Shown piece by piece: positions 23,938-32,380 of a stretch of DNA of 41,059 bases. Numbering within the stretch: the stretch's first letter is position 1; each line of letters begins with the position of its first letter. This stretch comes from an uncultured Lentisphaerota bacterium (lineage in GTDB: Bacteria; Verrucomicrobiota; Kiritimatiellia; CAIQIC01; JAGNIJ01). The notes under the pieces are model-generated. The model saw only the letters and a list, made by a program, of their open reading frames with translations. It was not told where the DNA came from and made no database searches. The position numbers and the translations under genes were made by a program. The stretch covers positions 1 to 41,059 of the forward strand of contig CALMZY010000218.1 in assembly GCA_937870865.1 (NCBI GenBank), read 5' to 3'.

Positions 23938-24708
23938 ATGCTGATTGCCACCTTCAACGCCAACTCGATCCGCTCGCGCATGGACGTGATCCTGCGCTGG
24001 CTCGCCGATCACAAGCCGGATGCGCTCTGCATCCAGGAAACGAAGGTCCAGGACGCCGAGTTCCCGCGCCGGCCGATCGAGGACGCGGGGTATCACGTCG
24101 TCTTCAAAGGTCAGAAGGCCTACAACGGAGTGGCGCTGCTTTCGCGCACGCCGCCAGCCGAAGTCTCCGCCGGGCTTGATGACGAACCGCGCGACGAGCC
24201 GCGCCTGCTGCACGCGAAAATCGGGCCGGTCCATATCGTCAACACGTACGTCCCGCAGGGACGCGACATCCACCACGAGATGTACGCGTACAAGCTGGCG
24301 TGGTTCGGGCGTCTACGCCGGTTCTTCGACCAACGCTTCAAGAAGACTGACCTGCTGGTCTGGGCCGGCGACCTGAACGTCGCGGCCGAACCGATCGACG
24401 TTCACAGCCCGGAACTGTACGGCAACCACGTCTGCTATCACGAAGGGGCGCGCGACGCGTTTGCGAAATGCCGCGCGTGGGGATTCGTCGATGTCTTCCG
24501 GAAGCATCACCCCGAGCCGGGCCACTACACGTTCTTCGACTACCGCACGCCCGACGCCGTGAACAAAGGAGTCGGGTGGCGCATCGACTATCTCCTCGCA
24601 AGCCCGGCCCTGGCGGAAAAATGCACGGGGGCGGCCATTGATCTCAAGCCGCGGCTGGAAAGCAAACCCTCGGACCACACCGTGCTGATGGCGGAGTTCG
24701 ATCTTTAG
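23938..24708 (+). CDS. xth: Exodeoxyribonuclease III
   Basis: MLIATFNANSIRSR...PDALCIQETK...GYHVVF.GQKAYNGVALLS...WAGDLNVA...SDHTVLMAEF are classic Xth/APE1 motifs. Confidence 0.9.
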   Translation: MLIATFNANSIRSRMDVILRWLADHKPDALCIQETKVQDAEFPRRPIEDAGYHVVFKGQKAYNGVALLSRTPPAEVSAGLDDEPRDEPRLLHAKIGPVHIVNTYVPQGRDIHHEMYAYKLAWFGRLRRFFDQRFKKTDLLVWAGDLNVAAEPIDVHSPELYGNHVCYHEGARDAFAKCRAWGFVDVFRKHHPEPGHYTFFDYRTPDAVNKGVGWRIDYLLASPALAEKCTGAAIDLKPRLESKPSDHTVLMAEFDL

Positions 24709-25070
24709 GGCGCCAAATCGAGGTGAACGGACGTCTCGATGTTGCCGTCCTTGGTGATCGTGATCTGGACCTTGTAACCGCCGTCGCGGTGGATATATCC
24801 GCCATCTTTGGCGGTGACGTACTTCAGCGGCGTGACCGCTTCCATGGAGACGCTCGACTCGCCCTTCGGAACCACCGTGACGGTTTTGGAGCTGTTCGGC
24901 TCGATCTTCTCGATGATCTGGCTGAACCCGTTGCCGCGAAGGATGATGTCGGTGACCGCCGACGTGGAGTTATTGACCACGGTGATCTGCGGGGGATTGC
25001 GCGCTCCGCACGCCGCAACAACAACGGCCGCGAGAACGCCCGCCAGAATACGAATCATAGCCATCCGCAT
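24705..25070 (-). CDS. Small lipoprotein, hypothetical
   Basis: ATG at 25070 follows GGGAGG. It has a lipobox (ILAGVLAAVVVAAC) and a beta-rich ~100-aa mature part. It lies 42 nt downstream of, and co-oriented with, the kinase gene. Confidence 0.55.
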   Translation of the reverse strand: MRMAMIRILAGVLAAVVVAACGARNPPQITVVNNSTSAVTDIILRGNGFSQIIEKIEPNSSKTVTVVPKGESSVSMEAVTPLKYVTAKDGGYIHRDGGYKVQITITKDGNIETSVHLDLAP

Positions 25071-25112
25071 AGATACCTCCCTGTTCCGTCGGAGGACACA
25101 TCCCATCATTCT

Positions 25113-27395
25113 TCAGATTCCGCCCATTTTTTCAAGTCGAAGAAGAATCAGGTTCACCACGGGCTGGGGCAGGTAAAGCGATACCCGTGCCTTGGAATCG
25201 CCGAGCCCAAAATAGCCGTATTCGTCGTTCGCCACCAGTTCGCTGTCAATGCGGACAACCTGATTGACGACTTCAACCCGATGCCCGATGCGCCATTTCG
25301 CGCTCCCCTTGGTCTGCGACTGAATGAAATTGTATGCGTGCCACTGTTCGGAGAATACGGTGGGCTCGAGCCAAAGCGATTCGTCGGGATGTTCGTTCAC
25401 CAGCTGCGCGGCGGCAATGCGGTCGGCGCTGTCCGTCACCAGCAGAAGCTTCTCAAACCCGTTCCCGAAATCGCCCTCCGTGGAGTAGTAGAAAAAACTG
25501 TCCCTGGGAAATCCCGGACAATTCAGATTCTTGCGGGGCGAAATCGGCTTGCCGAGGATTCCCGCCGCCTCCCGCAGAGGCATCAGGTAGTAAATCTGTC
25601 CGAACACAATCAGCGAGGGATTCGGACTTGGGTCGAGCGCCGGCTGACCCTTGCTGGAAAGCAGGCTCTTCAAATCCGCGACGATCTTGGCGCCGCCCGT
25701 CTGCGGGTTGTTCCAGGTGGGGGCCAGCGTCAACTGATCTTTGGACTGCGCGACCTGCTGGGGCGCGGACGTGGAAGCAGGCGCTGCCCTGATCGCGATC
25801 GGCGAGGTGGGCTCCGCGTTTTTCGAGCCGGCCCGGCCTGAATCCATCAGCGTCGATTGGCGGCAGTCCGAAATCAGGCGGTAGCACTGATTGATGAGCT
25901 CTTGCATCTTGATTTCCGGCGGGGCGTAGGCGCGGCAGGATTCGAACGCCGCGATGGCGTCGCGGCATTGCTGCTCCACCGACTTCAGAATGTCCGGATT
26001 GCTGCGATCGGCCAGGTAGGCCTTGTACTTCGCCAGCGCGTCGTTGAATTGCCTCGCGCCCCGAAGGAACGAGGGGTTCTTCCACTGGATGGTATCCGCG
26101 GCCCCCGATTTACCGGCGTTTTCAGACGGCTGCTGGTCCGCTGCGGGCGCCTGCCAGTAGGACGCATCGCCCTCCTTGGGCGGGGAGCTTTTGACGTAGG
26201 AGCGCGGAGGAAGCGGTCTTGTTTCCGTTTTCCCGCTCCAGTAATCACGGCTCTGCGAGGGGTGAGTCTCCCGATACTTCAGGAAAAACAGTGTCCCATA
26301 GGCCAGCAGAACCGAGACGGCCATGAAGAACAACACCAGAACGGCGCGGGCCAGTTCCCCCCCGGGCTTGCGCGATACGCCGGACTTCTCCCGCATGTCC
26401 TTGGGCAGAATGATCTTCTGTTTGACCACCACCTTGGGTTTCGGCGACTCGACTTCCTTGGGCGGCTCGGGCTCCGGCTTCGCCGCCGGTTTTGGCTTGG
26501 CCATCATTCGGATTTCGCTGCGAAGGACTGTGCTGTGGCCCGCGGCAAGCGTGCGCGCCGCCGGCAGGTCGCCATTCTGAACATGCTTCATGTCCGCCAG
26601 GACTTCGGCCCAGCTCTGGTAACGCAGGGTGCGGTCCTTCACCATCATCTTCTCGATCAGCCACGCCACGCCCTCGGACAACTCCGTGTTGATCTGCTGC
26701 GGATCGGGCAGGTAGTCGGAAATCTGGCGCTCCACGACCTCAAGCTCGGAACTGTCTCCGAACGGCAGGCGCCCCGTCGTCATGTGATACAGCATCGCGC
26801 CCAGCGAGTAGATATCCCCGCGGCAGTCGAGATCCGGCTCCCCGCGCGCCTGCTCCGGAGAGATGTAGTGAGGGGTCCCCTCGAACATCTCGCGGCTGGT
26901 GCCGGGCAGGCTTGTTCCGAACACCTTCGCGAGTCCCATGTCGGTGATTTTGATGGACCCGTCCTGGTCCACCAGCACATTGGCGGGTTTGACGTCGCAA
27001 TGGATCAGCCGCGCCTCGTCCCACGCGTACGCGAGCGCGAGCGCAACGCCCTCCGCGACCAGCAGCGAGTGTTTTTCACCCAGCCTCCGCCGGCGCTGCA
27101 GCAACTCGCCGACCGTGCAGCCGGCGACGAACTCCATGACCAGGTAAACCAGGTCTCCGGACGAACCCGCATCGTAGATCTGCACGATACCGGGATGATT
27201 GAGCTTGGCTGCCGCCCGGGCCTCGAGATGAAACCGCTGAATGGCCTCCTCATCGCGAAGGAGATCCGGGGAAAGAATCTTGATGGCGACCACCCGGTCC
27301 AGCGACACCTGGCGCGCCGTCCACACCGAGGCCATCGCGCCCGCGCCGACTTTCGCGATGATCTCGTATCCGGGCAGGTCTGGTGTTCTGTCCAT
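25113..27395 (-). CDS. Hanks-type Ser/Thr protein kinase with one TM segment and a large extracytoplasmic C-terminal region
   Basis: Kinase subdomains are present: GAGAMASVW, VAIK, HCDVKPANVLV, ITDMGLAK, GTPHYISPEQ. A TM segment (AVLVLFFMAVSVLLAYGTLFF) lies near residue 350. The ~390-aa C-terminal part has no motif I recognise. Confidence 0.9.
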   Translation of the reverse strand: MDRTPDLPGYEIIAKVGAGAMASVWTARQVSLDRVVAIKILSPDLLRDEEAIQRFHLEARAAAKLNHPGIVQIYDAGSSGDLVYLVMEFVAGCTVGELLQRRRRLGEKHSLLVAEGVALALAYAWDEARLIHCDVKPANVLVDQDGSIKITDMGLAKVFGTSLPGTSREMFEGTPHYISPEQARGEPDLDCRGDIYSLGAMLYHMTTGRLPFGDSSELEVVERQISDYLPDPQQINTELSEGVAWLIEKMMVKDRTLRYQSWAEVLADMKHVQNGDLPAARTLAAGHSTVLRSEIRMMAKPKPAAKPEPEPPKEVESPKPKVVVKQKIILPKDMREKSGVSRKPGGELARAVLVLFFMAVSVLLAYGTLFFLKYRETHPSQSRDYWSGKTETRPLPPRSYVKSSPPKEGDASYWQAPAADQQPSENAGKSGAADTIQWKNPSFLRGARQFNDALAKYKAYLADRSNPDILKSVEQQCRDAIAAFESCRAYAPPEIKMQELINQCYRLISDCRQSTLMDSGRAGSKNAEPTSPIAIRAAPASTSAPQQVAQSKDQLTLAPTWNNPQTGGAKIVADLKSLLSSKGQPALDPSPNPSLIVFGQIYYLMPLREAAGILGKPISPRKNLNCPGFPRDSFFYYSTEGDFGNGFEKLLLVTDSADRIAAAQLVNEHPDESLWLEPTVFSEQWHAYNFIQSQTKGSAKWRIGHRVEVVNQVVRIDSELVANDEYGYFGLGDSKARVSLYLPQPVVNLILLRLEKMGGI

Positions 27396-27592
27396 CGGGC
27401 TTGTGTCCCCGGCTTTTCCTGCAATTCATCAGCACGCAGCGCCGCCAACATAGCATGTCGTCGCCGGGTTGAGAATACCATATGGCTTTCGCCCTGTTTA
27501 CATCGTTCAGAAACGGGTTGAAACCTGCGCCCCTCTGCCATACGTTGTGTGTGACAGAACAGCCTGTTTCATCACGAACCGGAGCGTTGATC

Positions 27593-28594
27593 ATGCAACG
27601 AGTAAAAGCCCTTTTATTTCTTGCCGCCGCCGTGGCGGCCGGCAGCTGCTTCGCGCAGCAGCCCGAGGCCACTCATGCCCCCAGGATCGTCTGCGCCGAG
27701 CCGGTCTTCAACTTCGGCGAGATGGACAGCTCCAAGGACGTCGTGCATACCTTCGTCCTTCGAAATGAAGGAGACCTCTCGCTGGAAATCGGACGGATCC
27801 GGCCTTCGTGCGGATGCACCGTCGCCAGCATCTCGCAGAACACCGTCCCGCCGGGAGGCCAGGCCGAAGTCACCACGCGGCTTTCACTGCGCGGGCGCCA
27901 GGGGGAACAGCACAAAACCATCAGCGTGGAGTCCAATGACCCGAAACAGCCGACGCTCGTCCTGTCCCTGGAGGGCACGGCGGTCGAGGAAATCCGTATC
28001 CAGCCCAACCAGCTGTTCTTCGGCCGGATCACCACGGACAGCGCCATCACGGGATCGGTCATCATCACGATCCAGAACACCAACTCCGTCAACATCACGA
28101 AAACATCGTCCAACACCAGCAACCTGACCGTCTCCACCGAATCCACGCCCGACGGAAAATCCGTCCGGGTTCTGATCGCCACGTGCCCCCCCCTCTCCCG
28201 GGGCACGCTCCGCGGCAATGTGCGCGTGGAAACGGATCACCCGAAGTATCCCTCCGCGGACATCGCCGTCTCCGCGTTTGTCGTCGGCGATCTCACCTTC
28301 GCGCCGGAGGAGTTGCTGGTGGTCGCGTCCCCCGGGCAGACGCCCGCGCGTTTCGTGCTCGTGCGCTCGGAAACGGGCAAGAAGTTCGAGATCACCAAGG
28401 TGGAAGTGCCCATCCCCTCCATGACCTACAACATCACGCCCGTGGACGCAGGCGGCTACCAGGTCGAAGTGGGAGGCATTCCCCCGACCGTCGAGGTGGA
28501 AGGCAAGTCCCTGCGCATCCAGACCGACCTCCCGGGCGCGGCGGACATCGTCATTCCATTCCGTTTTGTCCCGGCGACCCCGTCTGTCCAGTAA
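27593..28594 (+). CDS. DUF1573-domain secreted protein
   Basis: It has a signal peptide (MQRVKALLFLAAAVAAGSCFA). The DUF1573 hallmark is FNFGEM...V.HTFVLRNEGDLSLEI..IRPSCGCT. Further Ig-like beta repeats follow. Confidence 0.8.
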   Translation: MQRVKALLFLAAAVAAGSCFAQQPEATHAPRIVCAEPVFNFGEMDSSKDVVHTFVLRNEGDLSLEIGRIRPSCGCTVASISQNTVPPGGQAEVTTRLSLRGRQGEQHKTISVESNDPKQPTLVLSLEGTAVEEIRIQPNQLFFGRITTDSAITGSVIITIQNTNSVNITKTSSNTSNLTVSTESTPDGKSVRVLIATCPPLSRGTLRGNVRVETDHPKYPSADIAVSAFVVGDLTFAPEELLVVASPGQTPARFVLVRSETGKKFEITKVEVPIPSMTYNITPVDAGGYQVEVGGIPPTVEVEGKSLRIQTDLPGAADIVIPFRFVPATPSVQ

Positions 28595-29095
28595 ATGGCG
28601 CACACCACAAAAGCATCCGGGCGTCTTCTGGCTCACATCGCAGGCCTCCTGCTCGTGGCCGTCGTGTGCGGCGTGGCCGCGCAGGTCATCCGCCGCGATC
28701 CCATCCCCTGGTTTGAGACCTGGTCGAACTACATCGAGGCCAAGGCCCTGAAGGAAGGAATTCCCCTGGTCACTTCCGCGCAGGTCCTGGGTTTTCTTCA
28801 GGCCGGCACGCACCTGATCCTGGACGCGCGGCCCGCCGTCGATTACGAATCCGGCCACATCCCCTCGGCCCGATCCGTCCCCTACGAATTCGTGTCCGAG
28901 GCGCTCATGCCGGTTCAGCCGTACCTGACGCCGTCCGGTCCGATCGTGACGTATTGTTCCGGGAAAAGCTGCGACGAGTCATTGCTGCTGACCCAGTACC
29001 TGCGGCGGCAGGGATTCACGAATGTCGTGCTGTTCGCGGGCGGGTTTGAAACATGGAACGCCGAGGGCCATCCCGTCGAGCGGGGTGCCCGATGA
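28595..29095 (+). CDS. Membrane-anchored rhodanese-domain protein
   Basis: It has an N-terminal TM and a rhodanese fold, with LILDARPAVDYESGHIPSA and the active-site loop YCSGKSCDES. The start abuts the previous stop (TAAATG). Confidence 0.8.
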   Translation: MAHTTKASGRLLAHIAGLLLVAVVCGVAAQVIRRDPIPWFETWSNYIEAKALKEGIPLVTSAQVLGFLQAGTHLILDARPAVDYESGHIPSARSVPYEFVSEALMPVQPYLTPSGPIVTYCSGKSCDESLLLTQYLRRQGFTNVVLFAGGFETWNAEGHPVERGAR

Positions 29096-29523
29096 AGATC
29101 GCGGTCATCCTCAGCAAGCTGGTTCTCGCCGCGATCTTCCTGCTGGCGAGCGTGCCGAAGATCATTGCGCCCGACGAATTCGCCGTCGCCGTGTTCCGCT
29201 ACCAGCTCCTGCCGGACGCCGCGGTCAACCTCGTGGCGATTTTTCTACCGTGGGTCGAACTCGTGGCGGCCATCACCATTCTGATCCCGCGCACAAGCGC
29301 GGCCGCCGCAGCGATCATCTTCGGACTGCTCGCCGTCTTCACGGCGGCGATCTCCATCGACCTCGTCCGCGGCATCGATATCTCTTGCGGCTGCTTCACG
29401 CTCGACGCAAACGCCGGCCCGATCGGCTGGTGGGAAGTGGTGCGCGACGTCGCGTTTCTGACGATGGCGGGATTCGTTCTGTGGTCGGGCCTGCGGCCGG
29501 TGAAGTCGCCCGCTTCGATATAA
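29092..29523 (+). CDS. MauE/DoxX-family integral membrane protein
   Basis: ATGA overlap with the rhodanese gene. It has four hydrophobic spans, and KLVLAAIFLLASVPKIIAPDEFAVAVFRYQLLP resembles the MauE/DoxX N-terminus. A CGC motif lies in the third loop. Confidence 0.65.
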   Translation: MKIAVILSKLVLAAIFLLASVPKIIAPDEFAVAVFRYQLLPDAAVNLVAIFLPWVELVAAITILIPRTSAAAAAIIFGLLAVFTAAISIDLVRGIDISCGCFTLDANAGPIGWWEVVRDVAFLTMAGFVLWSGLRPVKSPASI

Positions 29524-29555
29524 CGTGGACGAGGTCCGTCCCGGCGGGCGAGTCG
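29521..29555 (+). repeat. Left copy of the imperfect direct repeat bordering the AbiE cassette
   Basis: TAACGTgGACGAGG...CGGCGGGCgAGTCG, compared with TAACGTaGACGAGG...CGGCGGGCaAGTCG at 31166-31205. Confidence 0.45.
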
Positions 29556-29686
29556 AGGCTCCTGTAGGCTTTCGGTTATGAGCTATTCAAGCCCTTGTAT
29601 CTGCACCGACGTCAATCTACGCGCTTACAGTAACATTATATAACATTAGAGTTGCATATTGTTACGTAGACTGTAAGTATACCGGC

Positions 29687-30517
29687 ATGAATTCAGCGGA
29701 GAAAGAGCGTGTTGAGACACTTCAAAGAGTGATCGCCAAGACGGTGGCGGCCAATCCGGCAGGTCGAAACCTGCCCCTGATCGGCGGCTTTCGATATCGA
29801 TTCCTCGACGAGAGCGTCCGCACGTCCGACGATATCGACTACCATTGGAGCGGGGACTTGGGTGAAAAACAGAAGGAGCTTCTCGCTCTCTTTGAGCGCA
29901 AACTACTCCCCGAGGTTCGTCGGCGTTTACGTTACGAGTGCAGTGCAGGCCTGCGTACAGGGCCTGACGCCGACTCGCCAGCCGTTCGGGTCGTGGATCT
30001 CTCTTTCTGGCAAGAGGGGTCCTCCTTCGGCAGGATTGAGATCCCTGTTGAGATCACGCGTATCGCCTGCGCTGATCCTGTCATTGTTCGCACGGCGGAC
30101 GGGACGATCTATTCTACGGTTTCAAACGGCGACATGATCGAGAGCAAGGTTATCGCGATCTTCAATCGCATGTACCTCCGGCATCGCGATCTCGTGGATG
30201 TCTTCCTTTTCCGTGATCAGGTTCTGCCGGACTCCGACCGCCGTCTGGCGGCAAAACTGAAGGCCCTGGACATCCCTGCATCTTCTGTTGATAAACAAAT
30301 GGACGACCTTCGCAACAACAAGGCCTATCACGCCCGCGCCATCCAGGAGGTCGTTGACACACAACTGGACCTGGCTGCAGCCGATCAGATAAGAGACGCC
30401 GGCGGTGGCAAGATGATGATGGAAGACGTTCTGAAGGTGTTGGTTTCCCTGCTGCCACAGGGTTCTTCAAATCACAAAGCAAGACCGAGAAGAGGAACTG
30501 GCGATGAGAGCGCTTGA
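29687..30517 (+). CDS. abiEii: AbiEii/DUF1814-family nucleotidyltransferase toxin
   Basis: LPLIGGFRYRFLDESVRTSDDIDY matches the GG...R.S.DIDF NTase motif. ESKVIAIFNRMYLRHRDLVDVFLF matches the K..A...R...RD..D motif. Local GC is visibly lower than in the flanks. Confidence 0.7.
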   Translation: MNSAEKERVETLQRVIAKTVAANPAGRNLPLIGGFRYRFLDESVRTSDDIDYHWSGDLGEKQKELLALFERKLLPEVRRRLRYECSAGLRTGPDADSPAVRVVDLSFWQEGSSFGRIEIPVEITRIACADPVIVRTADGTIYSTVSNGDMIESKVIAIFNRMYLRHRDLVDVFLFRDQVLPDSDRRLAAKLKALDIPASSVDKQMDDLRNNKAYHARAIQEVVDTQLDLAAADQIRDAGGGKMMMEDVLKVLVSLLPQGSSNHKARPRRGTGDESA

Positions 30518-31118
30518 CTGGCAAAGATTCTTTCAGCAACAGCGTGATGAGCATCGCAAGATGGTCTTCACGACCGCAGAGCTTGCCAACGTTGCTCAAG
30601 CCAGTCCCGGGGTACTGAATGTCGCCCTGCGCAGATTGGTGAAACAAGGGGTTCTCGCACGGTATGCGGCTGGCCGGTATGGCCTGCCCGGCGCGGTCAG
30701 TCCGGAGGACTTGGTACCCACTTTGGACACCTCGGCCTACGTTACCGCGATGTACTCCCTTTACAGGCACCAGATCATCACGCAGGCGCCGACGGAGATC
30801 ACCTGCTTCACCAACCGCCGACATAACCGATCCAGGGTCCGAAAGACCCCATTTGGCCGCATTGTCTTCGTGTGTGTCGAGTCAGCCGTGTACTCCACCC
30901 CACGGGACGGTGTCATGGCCTCTGGGGAGCAGGCGTTCTGCGACTTCATTCATGTCTGCCGGAAACGCGGCGTGCGAGCTTCCAGCCTCGTTACCTTTAG
31001 AAACATGGATCGGTTGGACCGACAATCTCTGGCTGAAATCCTAATCCGTTATCCAGTCGCTGCACGTCGCGAAGCCACTCGCCTTCTGGCCAAGAACGGC
31101 TTGATGATGCCCGGCTGA
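30504..31118 (+). CDS. abiEi: AbiEi-family (COG5340-like) winged-helix antitoxin/transcriptional regulator
   Basis: It has an N-terminal wHTH (FTTAELANVAQASPGVLNVALRRLVKQGVLARYAAGRYGLPG) and a C-terminal domain typical of AbiEi-like proteins. It overlaps the toxin gene by 14 nt. Confidence 0.6.
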   Translation: MRALDWQRFFQQQRDEHRKMVFTTAELANVAQASPGVLNVALRRLVKQGVLARYAAGRYGLPGAVSPEDLVPTLDTSAYVTAMYSLYRHQIITQAPTEITCFTNRRHNRSRVRKTPFGRIVFVCVESAVYSTPRDGVMASGEQAFCDFIHVCRKRGVRASSLVTFRNMDRLDRQSLAEILIRYPVAARREATRLLAKNGLMMPG

Positions 31119-31165
31119 CAGCAGCGTGAATCTGCCTGTGTCCTCCGAAGCAGCGAAGGGCGGGG

Positions 31166-31205
31166 TAACGTAGACGAGGCGCCCTACGTCGGCGGGCAAG
31201 TCGCA
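31166..31205 (+). repeat. Right copy of the imperfect direct repeat bordering the AbiE cassette
   Basis: See 29521-29555. Two matching blocks (14 nt with 1 mismatch, 14 nt with 1 mismatch) are separated by a 7 vs 10 nt variable segment. Confidence 0.45.
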
Positions 31206-31387
31206 TGCCCTGTGCCACCCAACCTCAGCGCGGTCAGAGTACTGGGTGACTCACTTCCGGCCGCACTTCGTTCTGAAGTCCACGAAATCACGGCGGTTTT
31301 CCTAAGAAATCCGATGGCTGCTTTTTAGGGGATTCTGAGCAGCAAGGGCATGAATCGTCGGAGGAATCCAGCCCCGCCTTGAAGCTG

Positions 31388-32326
31388 TTACGGCTCAGCC
31401 GCCAGCTTGTTCACCATTCTCAGCACAACCCGCCCGACGGTGCCGAGGCTCTCCGCGCTGAGCTTGTCCATGCTGTCCGCCGGGGTGTGCCAGTAGTCGT
31501 TCCGGCCCGGCGCGCTGCCGAAGTGGAAGTCGATGATGTCGATGGCCGGAATGCCTGCGCTGAAGAAGGGATCGTGGTCGTCGCCGATCTGCAGGGGGGA
31601 CAGCATGAACTTGTCGCGGGTGCCATCCTCCCGCGCCGCATCGAACACCATGGAAATCAGCGCGGGCGTGCTGTTGCGCGGGAGGGTGACGGTTAGATCG
31701 CGGTCGCCGATCATATCCATCAGGATCATCGCCTTGACGTCCGCGGCCTGGCCGTTCTTGAGCATCTTCTTCGCCAGATACCGGCTGCCCTGCAAGCCAT
31801 CGAACACGCCGTAATGCTCCATGCATTCCTCGCCGTCGAAGAACACGAAGACCACCTCGAACGGGAGCTCCGGGCTTTTCGCCATCACGCGCGCGAGCTC
31901 GATCAGCGCGCCTGAACTGGAGGCGGAATCGTTCGCGCCTTCAAACCCGGGGATGCCCGACTTCGTGTCGTAGTGAGAGGCCAGGAGCACCCGCCCCTTT
32001 CCTCCTCCCGGCAGTCGCCCCATGACATTCCGGAAGACCGTCTCGCCCAGGGGACTCTGCGCCTTGAACTCGTCGATGGACGCCTCGACCCCCGCGGCCT
32101 GCAGGCGCTCGCACAGGTGTTTCGCCGCCGCTTCCGCGCCGGCCGTCGCGGAATCCCGTGGCCCCAGCGCCACAAGATCGCCCGCCTCCCGGAGCGCCCG
32201 CGCCCCGTCGAATGCCGCCGGGTCCAGCGGCGGACCCGACCGGGCAGGCTCCGCCGGCTTCTGCCGGCAGGCCGCCAGCAGAACAAGGCAAAAGGCAACT
32301 GCCCGGATCGTATTTTTTCCAAACAT
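31388..32326 (-). CDS. M28-family metallopeptidase lipoprotein (aminopeptidase/glutaminyl-cyclase-like)
   Basis: It has a lipoprotein signal (MFGKNTIRAVAFCLVLLAAC) and M28 blocks (LLASHYDTK, GANDSASSSGALIELAR, FVFFDGEE, MILMDMIGD, DDHDPF). The first ATG (32326) lies in the loop of repeat copy C. Confidence 0.8.
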   Translation of the reverse strand: MFGKNTIRAVAFCLVLLAACRQKPAEPARSGPPLDPAAFDGARALREAGDLVALGPRDSATAGAEAAAKHLCERLQAAGVEASIDEFKAQSPLGETVFRNVMGRLPGGGKGRVLLASHYDTKSGIPGFEGANDSASSSGALIELARVMAKSPELPFEVVFVFFDGEECMEHYGVFDGLQGSRYLAKKMLKNGQAADVKAMILMDMIGDRDLTVTLPRNSTPALISMVFDAAREDGTRDKFMLSPLQIGDDHDPFFSAGIPAIDIIDFHFGSAPGRNDYWHTPADSMDKLSAESLGTVGRVVLRMVNKLAAEP

Positions 32327-32366
32327 TGGAAAAATTCCGGCCTGTTTTTCCAATCCTTGGAAAAAC
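32314..32366. repeat. Dispersed double-hairpin repeat, copy C
   Basis: TTTTTTCCAAACATTGGAAAAATTCCGGCCTGTTTTTCCAATCCTTGGAAAAA, between the potD stop and the M28 gene start. Confidence 0.6.
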
Positions 32367-32380
32367 GGGCTGCGGCCGAC

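Noticed and set aside
22258-24276. 672-aa minus-strand ORF spanning the GH3 gene and part of xth
   Set aside because: This is a shadow ORF antisense to two genes with clear family motifs. It also crosses the H5 palindrome and an intergenic gap, which a real gene would be unlikely to do.
25857-27521. 554-aa plus-strand ORF antisense to the Ser/Thr kinase
   Set aside because: The kinase subdomains on the minus strand are unambiguous. The plus-strand translation is Arg/Leu/Gly-rich with no recognisable domain.
31206-31387. Unassigned ~180-bp non-coding stretch between the AbiE cassette and the M28 gene 3' end (checked for a tRNA, small RNA or terminator)
   Set aside because: Only short weak stems are present (CATGCCCT/AGGGCATG, GCTGC/GCAGC). 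There is no tRNA cloverleaf and no U-tract terminator, so the evidence is insufficient for any call.
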